Source: a virus
Virus record (IMG/VR): IMGVR_UViG_3300045988_166693
Coordinates: 51,420 to 115,419 of that record
Length of the DNA stretch: 64,000 nucleotides
Reading direction: 5' to 3' (one strand)
The translations under genes and the position numbers were made by a program. The notes under the pieces were generated by a model, which worked only from the letters and a program-made list of their open reading frames with translations, ran no database searches and was not told where the DNA came from. Each line of letters begins with the position of its first letter. Position 1 is the first letter of the stretch. Shown here piece after piece: positions 18,593 through 28,141 of this stretch.

Positions 18593-18793
18593 ATGGCAGC
18601 TTATAACGTAAACGGGCGGTGCGAAGACTGCACATTTGCTGACGCATTTGGAAGAAGTTGCCAGCATGGGATTCTCTTCCCTGTTATGGTTCTGATGTCA
18701 TTCGGGGACGTGTACAATTGTCCGAACTTTCAGAAGAAAAATGATGAACAGCTTCAGGAACAAATTCGATTAAAGAACAAAGGAAATAAATAG
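18593..18793 (+). CDS. small Cys-rich protein
   Basis: Trimmed to ATG 18593 (MAAYNVNGRCEDC), directly after the upstream stop. Confidence 0.45.
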   Translation: MAAYNVNGRCEDCTFADAFGRSCQHGILFPVMVLMSFGDVYNCPNFQKKNDEQLQEQIRLKNKGNK

Positions 18794-18796
18794 GAT

Positions 18797-19051
18797 ATGG
18801 ACTTCAAGAAATTAAAAAGGCTACAAGAACTTATAGACACCCATGAATGGCAAGAAAATTACGGCCTTATGGTATGGATAGACTATTCCAATTGCCAGGA
18901 GGTGTTTAATGATATATTGAAAGTAGATTTTGAAACTTATGTAGACTGCGTGGCACAAAATACCGGTATTTGCATTTCCCATTTTGAAGATGTGCTGAGC
19001 TATTATACCAGTGAGAATATTGAGGACTTATTCCCTAAAGACGAGGATTGA
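18797..19051 (+). CDS. hypothetical protein
   Basis: 84 aa with operon spacing. The gene junction GAGGATTGAAATATG is repeated at 18243 and 19037. Confidence 0.5.
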   Translation: MDFKKLKRLQELIDTHEWQENYGLMVWIDYSNCQEVFNDILKVDFETYVDCVAQNTGICISHFEDVLSYYTSENIEDLFPKDED

Positions 19052-19054
19052 AAT

Positions 19055-19270
19055 ATGCCAAAGAAAGAATTTAAGATAGGAGAAACTTTTCAGATTGGAT
19101 TTGTAAGGCTGAAAGCAGAGAAACCACCAAAAGGTGTAATCGCATGCTGCCATTGTTTCATAGGCGGTCTAACAAGTGATTGCCGCGTGTTCAAACAAGT
19201 AATTGGTGAATGTTCCGCATTAAAGCGTGAAGATAAAACCGATGTAATCTTTGTAAAAGTGGAGGAATAA
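19055..19270 (+). CDS. small Cys-rich domain protein (paralog of the 17794..18252 C-terminus)
   Basis: See the evidence for 17794..18252. Confidence 0.5.
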   Translation: MPKKEFKIGETFQIGFVRLKAEKPPKGVIACCHCFIGGLTSDCRVFKQVIGECSALKREDKTDVIFVKVEE

Positions 19271-19273
19271 AAT

Positions 19274-19795
19274 ATGGACTTCAAATCACAAATAGCAACC
19301 ACACGCGACCAGTCGGAAATACTTCTTTCGCTGGGCCTGAAACCGGAAACGGCCGACATGGTGTATCACCACACTAACAGCCGCGTAAAATCAATGGAAT
19401 GGGAACTTCAAACAAAACCTCCCACATTGAGAGGAAAGTTCTGGTCTCCGGAAAGAATCGCAAAACTAAAAAGCCCTTTCCATAAACACCCGGACGGTAC
19501 CCTGATGACTGGTGAGGAGATTTTCGACGCTCTCTGGGGAAAAGATGTTCCTGCATGGAGCCTGGACCGTCTTTTGGAAATTATGCCGAAGTCAATCCCT
19601 CAAAGTAAACGTCCAAACGCGGATTTTGCAATGAATAGCGACGGAACCTTCTGGTTCATTTCATACGAAGAACTTGGATATGATATGAAGCATCAGGAAA
19701 TGAATATTGGCTCTTTTGACACCGCTATTTCCATGATTAGATGGCTTATAGAAAATAATCACCTGAACAAAGAATACTTAAAAGCAAAACCATGA
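19274..19795 (+). CDS. hypothetical protein
   Basis: 173 aa with operon spacing. Confidence 0.5.
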   Translation: MDFKSQIATTRDQSEILLSLGLKPETADMVYHHTNSRVKSMEWELQTKPPTLRGKFWSPERIAKLKSPFHKHPDGTLMTGEEIFDALWGKDVPAWSLDRLLEIMPKSIPQSKRPNADFAMNSDGTFWFISYEELGYDMKHQEMNIGSFDTAISMIRWLIENNHLNKEYLKAKP

Positions 19796-20112
19796 AAAGA
19801 GAAGAAATAGAAAAAGCAGCTAAAAAGGAGGCTGAAGAACTGGCATGCTTAGTATATTACGGAGGAAGTTCAATCTCACAGGAAGATGTTGAGAATGCTT
19901 GCGTGAAAATTGCAGAATGGCGTATCAACAGCGTGTGGCATGATGTAAAAGAACGTCCGGACGAAAATGAACCGACTATTATAGAAAAGAATAATGGAAA
20001 AACATTTTTTGCAGAGAAAGGATATAAAGGTCCATGGAAATACAATGTAGAACAATTTGGATTTAAAAGATGGGCATACATAAAAGACTTAATACCTAAT
20101 ACAGAAAAATAA
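19792..20112 (+). CDS. hypothetical protein
   Basis: 106 aa with an ATGA overlap. Confidence 0.5.
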   Translation: MKREEIEKAAKKEAEELACLVYYGGSSISQEDVENACVKIAEWRINSVWHDVKERPDENEPTIIEKNNGKTFFAEKGYKGPWKYNVEQFGFKRWAYIKDLIPNTEK

Positions 20113-20123
20113 AAATAGCTGAT

Positions 20124-20438
20124 ATGAAAATATATGAGACACCAAATCCATTCTTTTTAAGCGACATATTCGTCTTTGCAGAAGTAGAGGAAATCGGGCT
20201 ATGTTACATAAAAGTGAATTGTTTTAACAGAATCGAAGAAATTGGTTTTGATATTCAACGAAGAATGTGCCGGACTATTGAAGACATTATGAAATCTGCT
20301 AAAAAAGCTACAAAAATTCACAGACATATTTTCACCAGTATTGATATTGAATATTGGGGAAAAATCCGTAATCAATGGTTGCGGTCCGTGAAAACTCAAA
20401 CATACATAGAAAATAATTCTGGAACCATTATTATGTAG
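20124..20438 (+). CDS. hypothetical protein
   Basis: 104 aa. Confidence 0.45.
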   Translation: MKIYETPNPFFLSDIFVFAEVEEIGLCYIKVNCFNRIEEIGFDIQRRMCRTIEDIMKSAKKATKIHRHIFTSIDIEYWGKIRNQWLRSVKTQTYIENNSGTIIM

Positions 20439-20441
20439 ATT

Positions 20442-20804
20442 ATGGAAGACGTAATGAAGTTAAAAGAACAGAATAACACGTTAAAGATTAAAATTTGCAG
20501 CTATAGAACATGGATTAAAAAAAATCCAAAAGTTCAGAAATACGAATTATGGGATGGTGTAAAAGGTTGGATAAGAGAAACAATAAATCCTACTTTAAAG
20601 AAAAATGGATGGATAGAATGTATAAATGAATGGGATTATGGGCTTTTTATGAATGAAAAGCCAAAACAAATGGCGATTAGATTATTAAAAAATACGTTTG
20701 GAGAAGAATGGATGAAAGATAAAGAGTTTGTTTATAATCCTTATTATTACACTGGTAATAATAATTTTATGGATGTTCTATACGTATTTTACAAAAAAAA
20801 TTAA
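20442..20804 (+). CDS. hypothetical protein
   Basis: 120 aa. Confidence 0.45.
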   Translation: MEDVMKLKEQNNTLKIKICSYRTWIKKNPKVQKYELWDGVKGWIRETINPTLKKNGWIECINEWDYGLFMNEKPKQMAIRLLKNTFGEEWMKDKEFVYNPYYYTGNNNFMDVLYVFYKKN

Positions 20805-20813
20805 AAATAAATT

Positions 20814-21236
20814 ATGGAACCAATAATAAAATTCAGAGGTCAGGAAATAGACTCAAACAAATGGCTGTATGGCGACTTATTCCAGCGGCTCGGATGCTAT
20901 CCCGAGATTATATTCCCATACATCGACGAAAACGGGAAAACGCAATATGCTGAAATAGCAGTAAAGGAAAAGACGGTAGGCCAGTTCATCGGGAGAAAAG
21001 ATAAGGACAAAACGGAAATCTACGACGGAGACATAATAACTGTCAACGGAGACTTTCCAAAATTGGTGAAATTTATCCCAGAGAGAGCAGCCTTTTGTAT
21101 CGCCAATATTTGTGATTTGAACAATCAGGACCAATTGGATATTTGGATGCAACCTCCTATATCATGGTGGGAGAAAATGGATATAGATGTAATAGGTAAT
21201 ATTCACGATAACCCCGAACTTCTAAATATAAATTGA
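20814..21236 (+). CDS. YopX-family phage protein
   Basis: FRGQEIDSNKWLYGDL...VGQFIGRKDKDKTEIYDGDII...IDVIGNIHDNPELL matches the YopX pattern (QYTGLKDKNGKEIYEGDI...GNIYENPELL). Confidence 0.7.
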   Translation: MEPIIKFRGQEIDSNKWLYGDLFQRLGCYPEIIFPYIDENGKTQYAEIAVKEKTVGQFIGRKDKDKTEIYDGDIITVNGDFPKLVKFIPERAAFCIANICDLNNQDQLDIWMQPPISWWEKMDIDVIGNIHDNPELLNIN

Positions 21237-21238
21237 TT

Positions 21239-21889
21239 ATGAAAACAATAGAAATATACGAAACAAATGATGGTAGCCGATTCGACAAAAAAGAAAAAGC
21301 TATTAAATATGAAGAACTGTGCGATAAATGCAATTCGATAAATCTAAAACTCGGAATATTAGGACGTGACTTAGAATCAAATGAGTATATACAGCATGAT
21401 CCGGAAGTCATAAAAAACACATTTAGAGAGTTTATGGGTATTGTAGCAGATTCAATACCTGATTATTCCAACATGGCTATTGAATGTGGTAACGGGGAAA
21501 GGCACATGAGCCATATATATCGAGTCATCTCTGATTATAACATTATATGCCTTAGCAATTTAATGTTTAGATTTTACTGTATCGACTTTAAAAATGGAAA
21601 AGAGTTTCAGCAACCTTACTTCACTTCACATCAAGAAAAAGTGACAGTCAGAGTGAAATTAGACAACTGCGAAAACTTCTTCCACACCTGCGCAACATGC
21701 AACAGCTATGGCGACGGGAAATGTACCAATTTCGGGAAGGAAGTAAAAGCGGAAGATTCCTGCAAATACTATCAGTCGGACGTGATTGAATATACCTGCC
21801 AGCAGTGTGGACGTAAATACGAAATCACTGATTCCGATGCTGGAAATCGTGAGAAATTTTGCTGCAAAGCATGTGAAAACGGAAATTAA
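21239..21889 (+). CDS. hypothetical protein with C-terminal zinc-ribbon cysteines
   Basis: Trimmed to ATG 21239. The C-terminus has CATCNSYGDGKC...CQQCG...CCKAC. Confidence 0.5.
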   Translation: MKTIEIYETNDGSRFDKKEKAIKYEELCDKCNSINLKLGILGRDLESNEYIQHDPEVIKNTFREFMGIVADSIPDYSNMAIECGNGERHMSHIYRVISDYNIICLSNLMFRFYCIDFKNGKEFQQPYFTSHQEKVTVRVKLDNCENFFHTCATCNSYGDGKCTNFGKEVKAEDSCKYYQSDVIEYTCQQCGRKYEITDSDAGNREKFCCKACENGN

Positions 21890-21905
21890 TCAAAACTAAG
21901 CAACC

Positions 21906-22256
21906 ATGAAAATAGAAATTACACCTGAAGAAATGCTGGAGAGATTCAAGCTCTACGGAGAAATTTATCTGCTTCTGGCTCCCGTCTGTGAATATGATGA
22001 CATGGACGATTTCAGTATAGAAAGTTATGAGATTATCGACAAGCTGGATTTAGAGGATGAAATATTTGTCCTGGCAGATGGCGATGAAGTCAGGTTTAAA
22101 GGCGTGGAATTTACAGAAGATATGCTGTATATTCTATATACGAACGAAGATGGATTTGAAGAATATGCACACCCAGTCATACACCTGGAAACAGAATCCA
22201 TCCGAAAAGTGAAATCAATTCTGGAACAATATGTAAATGCAATCATCCATGAGTAA
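21906..22256 (+). CDS. acidic hypothetical protein
   Basis: 116 aa, rich in Asp and Glu. Confidence 0.45.
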   Translation: MKIEITPEEMLERFKLYGEIYLLLAPVCEYDDMDDFSIESYEIIDKLDLEDEIFVLADGDEVRFKGVEFTEDMLYILYTNEDGFEEYAHPVIHLETESIRKVKSILEQYVNAIIHE

Positions 22257-22327
22257 AACCAAATTATATTATCTGTTTTTGGCAGCCATGTATGTGGTGT
22301 TGTCGTAACCTGTAAAACTGGAATATT

Positions 22328-22537
22328 ATGCAGTACATTTTAACCGAAGAAGAATATAGAAATCTCGCACCTGTAAGTAAGGTGCAAAAGCTGGAGGAAA
22401 AGATTGAAAGACTTAATGCTAAGGTTTTAGAACTTGGTCATCATGGAATATGTATGAGAGACAAAGGAGATTACTGTGACTTTTGCGCTCTGTCCGGACT
22501 AGATACATGTAAAAAGAGTAAGAACTATTCAAAATAA
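22328..22537 (+). CDS. hypothetical protein
   Basis: 69 aa with a coiled-coil N-terminus and Cys pairs. Confidence 0.4.
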   Translation: MQYILTEEEYRNLAPVSKVQKLEEKIERLNAKVLELGHHGICMRDKGDYCDFCALSGLDTCKKSKNYSK

Positions 22538-22618
22538 TAAGTCCTTATAATACAGAAAAATATTAAAACTATTCAATAATATATTTGATATTTCATATTA
22601 TAAGACTATATTTGTGAT

Positions 22619-23227
22619 ATGAAATCATCAAAGGTATTAAAGATATTAAATATTAGCAGGCAAACGCTTGTCAAATATGTAAAGAATGGCGATATACGTG
22701 TAGTGATGCAGGCGAACAAGCAGTATGACTACAACGAAGAAGACGTATATCGAAAAGCCGGACTTTCCGAAAATCGTGTAAATGTGGTTTATGCGAGAGT
22801 TTCAACTTCTAAACAGAAAAGAGACCTCGAGAATCAGGCAGAAACTCTTATAAGCTATTGTAATTCGAATGGAGTGAAAGTAGATAAAGTGTATAAGGAT
22901 ATAGCAAGCGGAATGAATTTTGAAAGGAAACAGTTCCGCTCTATGCTGGAAGATGTCTTGAATTATAGAATAAGGAGTATATACATTACGTACAAAGACC
23001 GCTTCAGCAGAATATCCTTTGATATGTTTGAACGTCTGTTTTTGGAATACAACTGCAAGATTATTGTAATCAACAAAACCGAATCAACGACTGAAGATGA
23101 TGAGAAGGAAATATTTTCCGACATCATTTCAATGCTTCACTGCTTTGCCATGAAGATGTATTCAAGGAGACGGAAAAAGAAAATGGAACTGATAAGGGAG
23201 GACTTGAAAAATGAACTTGATATATAG
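22619..23227 (+). CDS. tnpA: IS607-family TnpA (MerR-like HTH plus serine recombinase)
   Basis: N-terminal HTH LKILNISRQTLVKYVKNG, then VVYARVSTSKQKRDLENQ, which carries the catalytic-serine motif of small serine recombinases. Confidence 0.75.
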   Translation: MKSSKVLKILNISRQTLVKYVKNGDIRVVMQANKQYDYNEEDVYRKAGLSENRVNVVYARVSTSKQKRDLENQAETLISYCNSNGVKVDKVYKDIASGMNFERKQFRSMLEDVLNYRIRSIYITYKDRFSRISFDMFERLFLEYNCKIIVINKTESTTEDDEKEIFSDIISMLHCFAMKMYSRRRKKKMELIREDLKNELDI

Positions 23228-24443
23228 TTTTTACATTCCGCAAACGGAACAGCTTGTAAACCTGTGCAGGGTTTCAAACAACCTCTACAATCAGGCCTTA
23301 TACCTGTTCCGTCATTCTCTCAAGAATGAGAATAAATGGCTGTGGTATGCCGACATGGATAAGCTGATGAAAGCTACGCCTAATCTTGAGGGGGAGATAA
23401 ACTATAAACTTCTGAAAGCTCAGGTTTCGCAGCAAATCCTGAAGGTTCTGGACAGAAATGTGAAAGCATACTGCAAGGCAATAAAGGACTTCAAGGAACA
23501 ACCTTCTAAATATAAGGCAATGCCGCAGCTTCCGTCTTTCAGAAAGCGCGGCAGTCTGTTTAACCTGTATTACACGAATCAGGCCGCAAGCATTAAGGAT
23601 GGAAAAATCCGTCTTGCTAAAGACCTGAATATAATCATTCCGCAATGGGATAAGTACAAGGAGCGTATTCAAGACTTTCAGCAAGTAAGAATAATTCCTT
23701 CCGGAAAGAAACTGAAAGTGGAAATAGTTTACCGTTATGAAATCAAAGATGAAAATCTGGATAAAACCAGATATGCTTCAATAGATTTAGGCATTGACAA
23801 TCTTGCCACAATGGTAACTGATAATGGAAGTTTCCTTTACAGCGGAAAGTTCCTGAAGTCTTATAACAGAAACTTTAACCGCCAGCTGGCCCGACTGCAA
23901 AGTATAAAGGACAAGCAGGGAATAAAGAAAGCTACAAAGCGGATGCAAAATCTTTATGAAAAGCGTGACAGATACTTTGAGGACGCATTTCATAAATACA
24001 GCCGCATGATAGTGAATCATCTTATAGAAAACAGAATAGGAAACTTAGTTGTAGGCTACAACACCGGCTGGAAGCAGTCGGTAAACATCGGAAAGCGCAA
24101 CAATCAGAAGTTCGTGCAGATTCCGTTTGCGAGACTGGCTTCCTATCTGAAATATAAATGTGAAATGGCTGGCATACGGTTCGTGGAAAATGAAGAATCC
24201 TATACATCAAAGTGTGATGCGCTTGCCAAGGAAGAAATCGGGAAACATGAGTCGTATCTCGGAAAGAGAGTAAAACGTGGACTGTTCCGTTCTTCTACAG
24301 GCAGATACATCAATGCCGATGTAAATGGAGCAGTAAACATTTTAAGAAAAGTAGTCGGTGAGTCTGATTGTATCAGTCAGATAACCGGTAGCGGGCGGTT
24401 GTTGCGTCCGATAAGGTACAGAAGCCCTTTCAGGGTTGCGTGA
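23211..24443 (+). CDS. tnpB: TnpB-like RNA-guided nuclease (RuvC D-E-D present, zinc-finger cysteines absent)
   Basis: SIDLGIDNLAT (D), VENEESYTSKCD (E) and INADVNGAVNILRK (D). Only one Cys lies between the E and the last D, where CxxC..CxxC is usual. Confidence 0.75.
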   Translation: MNLIYSFYIPQTEQLVNLCRVSNNLYNQALYLFRHSLKNENKWLWYADMDKLMKATPNLEGEINYKLLKAQVSQQILKVLDRNVKAYCKAIKDFKEQPSKYKAMPQLPSFRKRGSLFNLYYTNQAASIKDGKIRLAKDLNIIIPQWDKYKERIQDFQQVRIIPSGKKLKVEIVYRYEIKDENLDKTRYASIDLGIDNLATMVTDNGSFLYSGKFLKSYNRNFNRQLARLQSIKDKQGIKKATKRMQNLYEKRDRYFEDAFHKYSRMIVNHLIENRIGNLVVGYNTGWKQSVNIGKRNNQKFVQIPFARLASYLKYKCEMAGIRFVENEESYTSKCDALAKEEIGKHESYLGKRVKRGLFRSSTGRYINADVNGAVNILRKVVGESDCISQITGSGRLLRPIRYRSPFRVA

Positions 24444-24508
24444 CTTATGCAAAAAACAGAATAGATTTTAATAATTTGAATAGTTTTTACAACATAAAAT
24501 AACAAACC
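24300..24508 (+). ncRNA. expected omega/reRNA scaffold region of the TnpB; position inferred, not resolved
   Basis: In IS200/605/607 elements the guide RNA scaffold overlaps the tnpB 3' end and runs to the right end. No structure was computed here. Confidence 0.25.
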
Positions 24509-24525
24509 ATTAAAACTACATCGCT

Positions 24526-25044
24526 ATGGAATTTAAACATCAGAAAGACCTAGGTCCGGACGCCATTCAGAAATGGTGTGAGGAACTGGACCGGAAACCA
24601 AAGATAGAAATAAATGATACACAAAGAAGACTACTTTCCATTTTCAAAATGAATCATGAAATTGTTGGTAATTTCCTGAATGCACATAAAGAACTGTCTT
24701 CGCAGTTTGATTACACTTCTTTCCTGATAAATCTTATAGAAAAAAATTTTACTTTCAAGATAGATTATCCTTCAGCACTTATAATGAGCACACTGGTAGA
24801 CCGACCGGCCATCGCTGTAATGTATGCCAATTACCTCCAGTATAAATGTTTCCAGTACGGAATCAAGGAAATAAACATTAATGCTCTGAAATATATATTA
24901 CTTTGTAAAGGAGTATTCAGTGAGGAAGTTTTGCATGAAATGTGGGACAAACAAAAGTATATCAGTGAAAAAGAAAGAGGACTTCTCAACATGCTGGATA
25001 ATGCTTATTTTATGGAAAGTATAAGGGATATTAAAGTAAAATAA
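24526..25044 (+). CDS. hypothetical protein
   Basis: 172 aa, the first gene after the IS. Confidence 0.5.
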   Translation: MEFKHQKDLGPDAIQKWCEELDRKPKIEINDTQRRLLSIFKMNHEIVGNFLNAHKELSSQFDYTSFLINLIEKNFTFKIDYPSALIMSTLVDRPAIAVMYANYLQYKCFQYGIKEININALKYILLCKGVFSEEVLHEMWDKQKYISEKERGLLNMLDNAYFMESIRDIKVK

Positions 25045-25053
25045 CAAAGGACT

Positions 25054-25836
25054 ATGCTATTCTGTATCACAAACAAATGCAGTATGGAATGTCCTCACTG
25101 CATGAGCGACTGTAAACCTGACGGACAGTTTCTCGAAAAGAAGGACATCACTACGTTTATAAATTTCTTCAACTTTATGAAGTTCCGCTCTTTGCTTATA
25201 AGCGGTGGAGAGCCGACAGAACATCCGGACTTTTCATGGATTGTGGAAACTCTGGCTCAAAAGTGTAAACCTTTGGCTATGGTTATAGTTTCAAACGGTT
25301 CTTTTATTGACCACAAACATAGGTTTGATGCAGTTGTTGAGCTTATGCGGAAATACCCATTCCTGAGATTACAGATTACTTCTATTAAGGGATTGTATAA
25401 AAACCATGATAGCATTGTACGTGTAGAAGACTTTATTAGAGGACTTTTCTCGGACCGTGTATCATTTGAAACTGAACGCATCGTAATGATGAGACCTCTG
25501 GGTAGAGCTGCAACAAATCCTGAAATAATGGAAATGGTAAAACAGACCAACAATGGTTACAATGATTGTTCGAACACTACACTTATATCCATACAGACAC
25601 AAAACATTAAGGATTTTGCATACAACTGTGAGAGCCTAGGAAAATTCTGTATGCCTATGGTGGACTACAAGCTTGATGTACACATGAGCGAATCCATGCT
25701 TTGCCCTTCTGTAGGAAATCTGAAAGATGACGGTTTCCTTAAGGTTTTTGAACGTATGAAGAACTTTACTCCATGCGGAAAGTGTGGAAGTACGGATAAG
25801 GTTATGAATCTTATAAATCAGATAAAATCAAAGTAA
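25054..25836 (+). CDS. radical SAM protein with C-terminal Cys cluster (twitch/SPASM-like)
   Basis: CSMECPHC is the CX3CX2C motif at residues 9-16. LLISGGEPTEHPDF is the SAM-binding GGE motif. The C-terminus has CPSVG...TPCGKCGS. Confidence 0.7.
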   Translation: MLFCITNKCSMECPHCMSDCKPDGQFLEKKDITTFINFFNFMKFRSLLISGGEPTEHPDFSWIVETLAQKCKPLAMVIVSNGSFIDHKHRFDAVVELMRKYPFLRLQITSIKGLYKNHDSIVRVEDFIRGLFSDRVSFETERIVMMRPLGRAATNPEIMEMVKQTNNGYNDCSNTTLISIQTQNIKDFAYNCESLGKFCMPMVDYKLDVHMSESMLCPSVGNLKDDGFLKVFERMKNFTPCGKCGSTDKVMNLINQIKSK

Positions 25837-25845
25837 AGATATTAT

Positions 25846-26487
25846 ATGACCGCAAACGATTACTCAATAGAAAAATATGTGTCTGAATACCTGAAACCGC
25901 TGGAAGAGAAAGGAATTATCACAGACTTGCGGGTTATTCCATGCAGATGCCGCATCATGTTCAGACTGAATGAACCCTCACGAGAAAACTCAATGAAAGT
26001 CATTATAGAAACGGAGGAAGACGAAGATCGTATCATATATTTCAAGTCCGATGTTTCGGTGGAGGAAACATTCCGGTCACCTGAACGGAGGTTTATTTAT
26101 CAAAGACTGATGAATGCAAATAAAACCCTTAATGATGAACTAAACAGGAAATCAGCAAACACCGATTTATACATTACGAAATACCTGAAACCACTGGAAG
26201 AGAAAGGACTGATAAAGAACCTCGCTGCGTGTAAGAATCATAGCGTATGGTTTACGATGGTGAAAGAAATTAAAGGTGTGTCTATCACTGTCAATCTAAT
26301 CCCAGGGACGACAGTAGATACTGTTGCATTTTACCCTATTCCTCTTGACATAGGTCGTTACGGAGTAGAAACAACATTTATACCCAATCCGGTAAATGAT
26401 GATCATTACACGGAAAACCTTGAGAAACGTATTCAGGAATCAATGAATACACTGAAAGAAATATTTGATAACCCACTACAGGAATAA
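25846..26487 (+). CDS. hypothetical protein with an internal duplication
   Basis: EKYVSEYLKPLEEKGIITDL and DLYITKYLKPLEEKGLIKNL. The underlying 30-nt DNA is nearly identical at about 25889 and about 26183. Confidence 0.5.
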   Translation: MTANDYSIEKYVSEYLKPLEEKGIITDLRVIPCRCRIMFRLNEPSRENSMKVIIETEEDEDRIIYFKSDVSVEETFRSPERRFIYQRLMNANKTLNDELNRKSANTDLYITKYLKPLEEKGLIKNLAACKNHSVWFTMVKEIKGVSITVNLIPGTTVDTVAFYPIPLDIGRYGVETTFIPNPVNDDHYTENLEKRIQESMNTLKEIFDNPLQE

Positions 26488-26491
26488 GATT

Positions 26492-26902
26492 ATGGAAACG
26501 AAATCAGAAGGTGCAAAAAGACTGGAAGATGAAGTCCTCACCATCAAGCAGGAAATGGAAACCAAGCTCGCTCCATACAGGATGAAGCTCCTGGAAATAC
26601 ATAATGAAATGACCCGAATCTCGCAACCCTACGAGAAAAGAATCAAGCAGAAAGAACAGGAATATCTCGACAAATTCCTTGTAGACTGTAACGGAAATAG
26701 CGTTCACACGGGAGACATCCTGACAAACAACGTAACTGGTGAGTCATTTAAGGTGGTAAACCGGTTCCAGCAAAAGGTGATTCATTACCTCGGGAATCCG
26801 CGTGTGGTGGTCGTAAAACTGAACAAGAAAGGAGAGCCTGGTAAAAAAGAATTTTCTATATTTACAAGTGAATTACAGAGCTGTTATAAGATAAACAAAT
26901 AA
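26492..26902 (+). CDS. hypothetical protein
   Basis: Trimmed to ATG 26492 (METKSEG), just after the upstream stop. Confidence 0.5.
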   Translation: METKSEGAKRLEDEVLTIKQEMETKLAPYRMKLLEIHNEMTRISQPYEKRIKQKEQEYLDKFLVDCNGNSVHTGDILTNNVTGESFKVVNRFQQKVIHYLGNPRVVVVKLNKKGEPGKKEFSIFTSELQSCYKINK

Positions 26903-26905
26903 ACC

Positions 26906-27388
26906 ATGAAAAAAGAATTTACAGAAGACCAGCTTGTATATATACGAGACATTTTCGCTCAGGAATGTGAGAAATATATAGATTTAGGCAAAAGAGATGA
27001 TGCTCAGGAAGCACTGGATATTGTAAACGTAGTACAGTCAAAATACGAGTGTGAAGAATACGCCGACCTGGAATCCTTTATGCTGGATGAAAGCGGGACT
27101 TATTACTACATAGAAAAACGTGAATTGGAAGAAAGTGAAGAAGAATCTGTCAGACTGATGATTCAATTTGCCAAATCTTCGGAACAAAACCCATCTGAGG
27201 AACTGAAAGAAGCGGTAAATGAACATTTGGGTTTAATCCATGCAAATCGAGGAAAAACAAAGCTGGATGTAATAATGAATAGAAAAGTAAATATAAACAG
27301 ACTCATTGTTCTTTGCATAAATTCATGCGAGGAAAGCGAATTGATAAGACTTGATGACATAGCAGACTTGCTGGCCGAAAACATTTAA
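26906..27388 (+). CDS. acidic hypothetical protein
   Basis: 160 aa. Confidence 0.45.
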   Translation: MKKEFTEDQLVYIRDIFAQECEKYIDLGKRDDAQEALDIVNVVQSKYECEEYADLESFMLDESGTYYYIEKRELEESEEESVRLMIQFAKSSEQNPSEELKEAVNEHLGLIHANRGKTKLDVIMNRKVNINRLIVLCINSCEESELIRLDDIADLLAENI

Positions 27389-27400
27389 AACGAATAAACC

Positions 27401-28141
27401 ATGGAAGAAAGAAAAATAAACTTTAAAAAGAACGATGATAATACTCCGGTTCTTGATCCGGACGGAATGCTTTACAAAAAGCTGACAGAGAAACAGACGA
27501 AAATAAACGAAAGAATCTATTCATTGCTTTACATGCTAAAAGAAGGGAGCCTGAATGAGGGCACAAAAGAAGCATTGCTTGAATTGTTTCATAAGAATGC
27601 AATAGATATCCTGAACGAACTTGGATATGAAGACAGCCTGAATAAAAAGTACAATGAATACATCCAGGAAATACGCTCACTTAACCATGAGAACCGGGAA
27701 CTAAGAAAACAGCTTGGGATGAAAGTATCAAACGAGGATGCAAGAGGACGGTTGAAACTTATCACTGAATCCTTTGGTGAATGGTGGTACAATGAAGGAA
27801 CCGGAAATATAGATAATATTATTTTCGACAGGTACAAAATGACCGCCACATTGAGAGGAGAGATCTTTCCTTCCAGCCTAAAAAAGCAGGTAGAAATGTT
27901 GAAGCAAAAAGGATTTGATGTATCGTCTATTACAAACTACGGGCATCACCTTACTGCCTCCGAAAAAAACCTCATTATGCTGAAAGAACTCTTTGAAAAC
28001 GCTTTTCCACATTCTAATATTGACGAAATAAATACAGCCACCTATCTGGGAGGTGAAAGCGGAGAAGAATATGTGTACGTTATTACAAAGATCATCGTTA
28101 ATTTCAATAACCTTGACGACATTAAAATCACAGAGCCATGA
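27401..28141 (+). CDS. hypothetical coiled-coil protein
   Basis: 246 aa. Confidence 0.5.
   Translation: MEERKINFKKNDDNTPVLDPDGMLYKKLTEKQTKINERIYSLLYMLKEGSLNEGTKEALLELFHKNAIDILNELGYEDSLNKKYNEYIQEIRSLNHENRELRKQLGMKVSNEDARGRLKLITESFGEWWYNEGTGNIDNIIFDRYKMTATLRGEIFPSSLKKQVEMLKQKGFDVSSITNYGHHLTASEKNLIMLKELFENAFPHSNIDEINTATYLGGESGEEYVYVITKIIVNFNNLDDIKITEP

Larger units (their letters stand above)
22562..24518 (+). mobile_element. IS607-type element (serine-recombinase tnpA plus tnpB); boundaries approximate
   Basis: The two genes overlap by 17 nt. ATTAAAACTA is present at both proposed junctions (22562..22571 and 24509..24518). Removing the segment restores a normal short intergenic gap in the operon. 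Confidence 0.6.
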
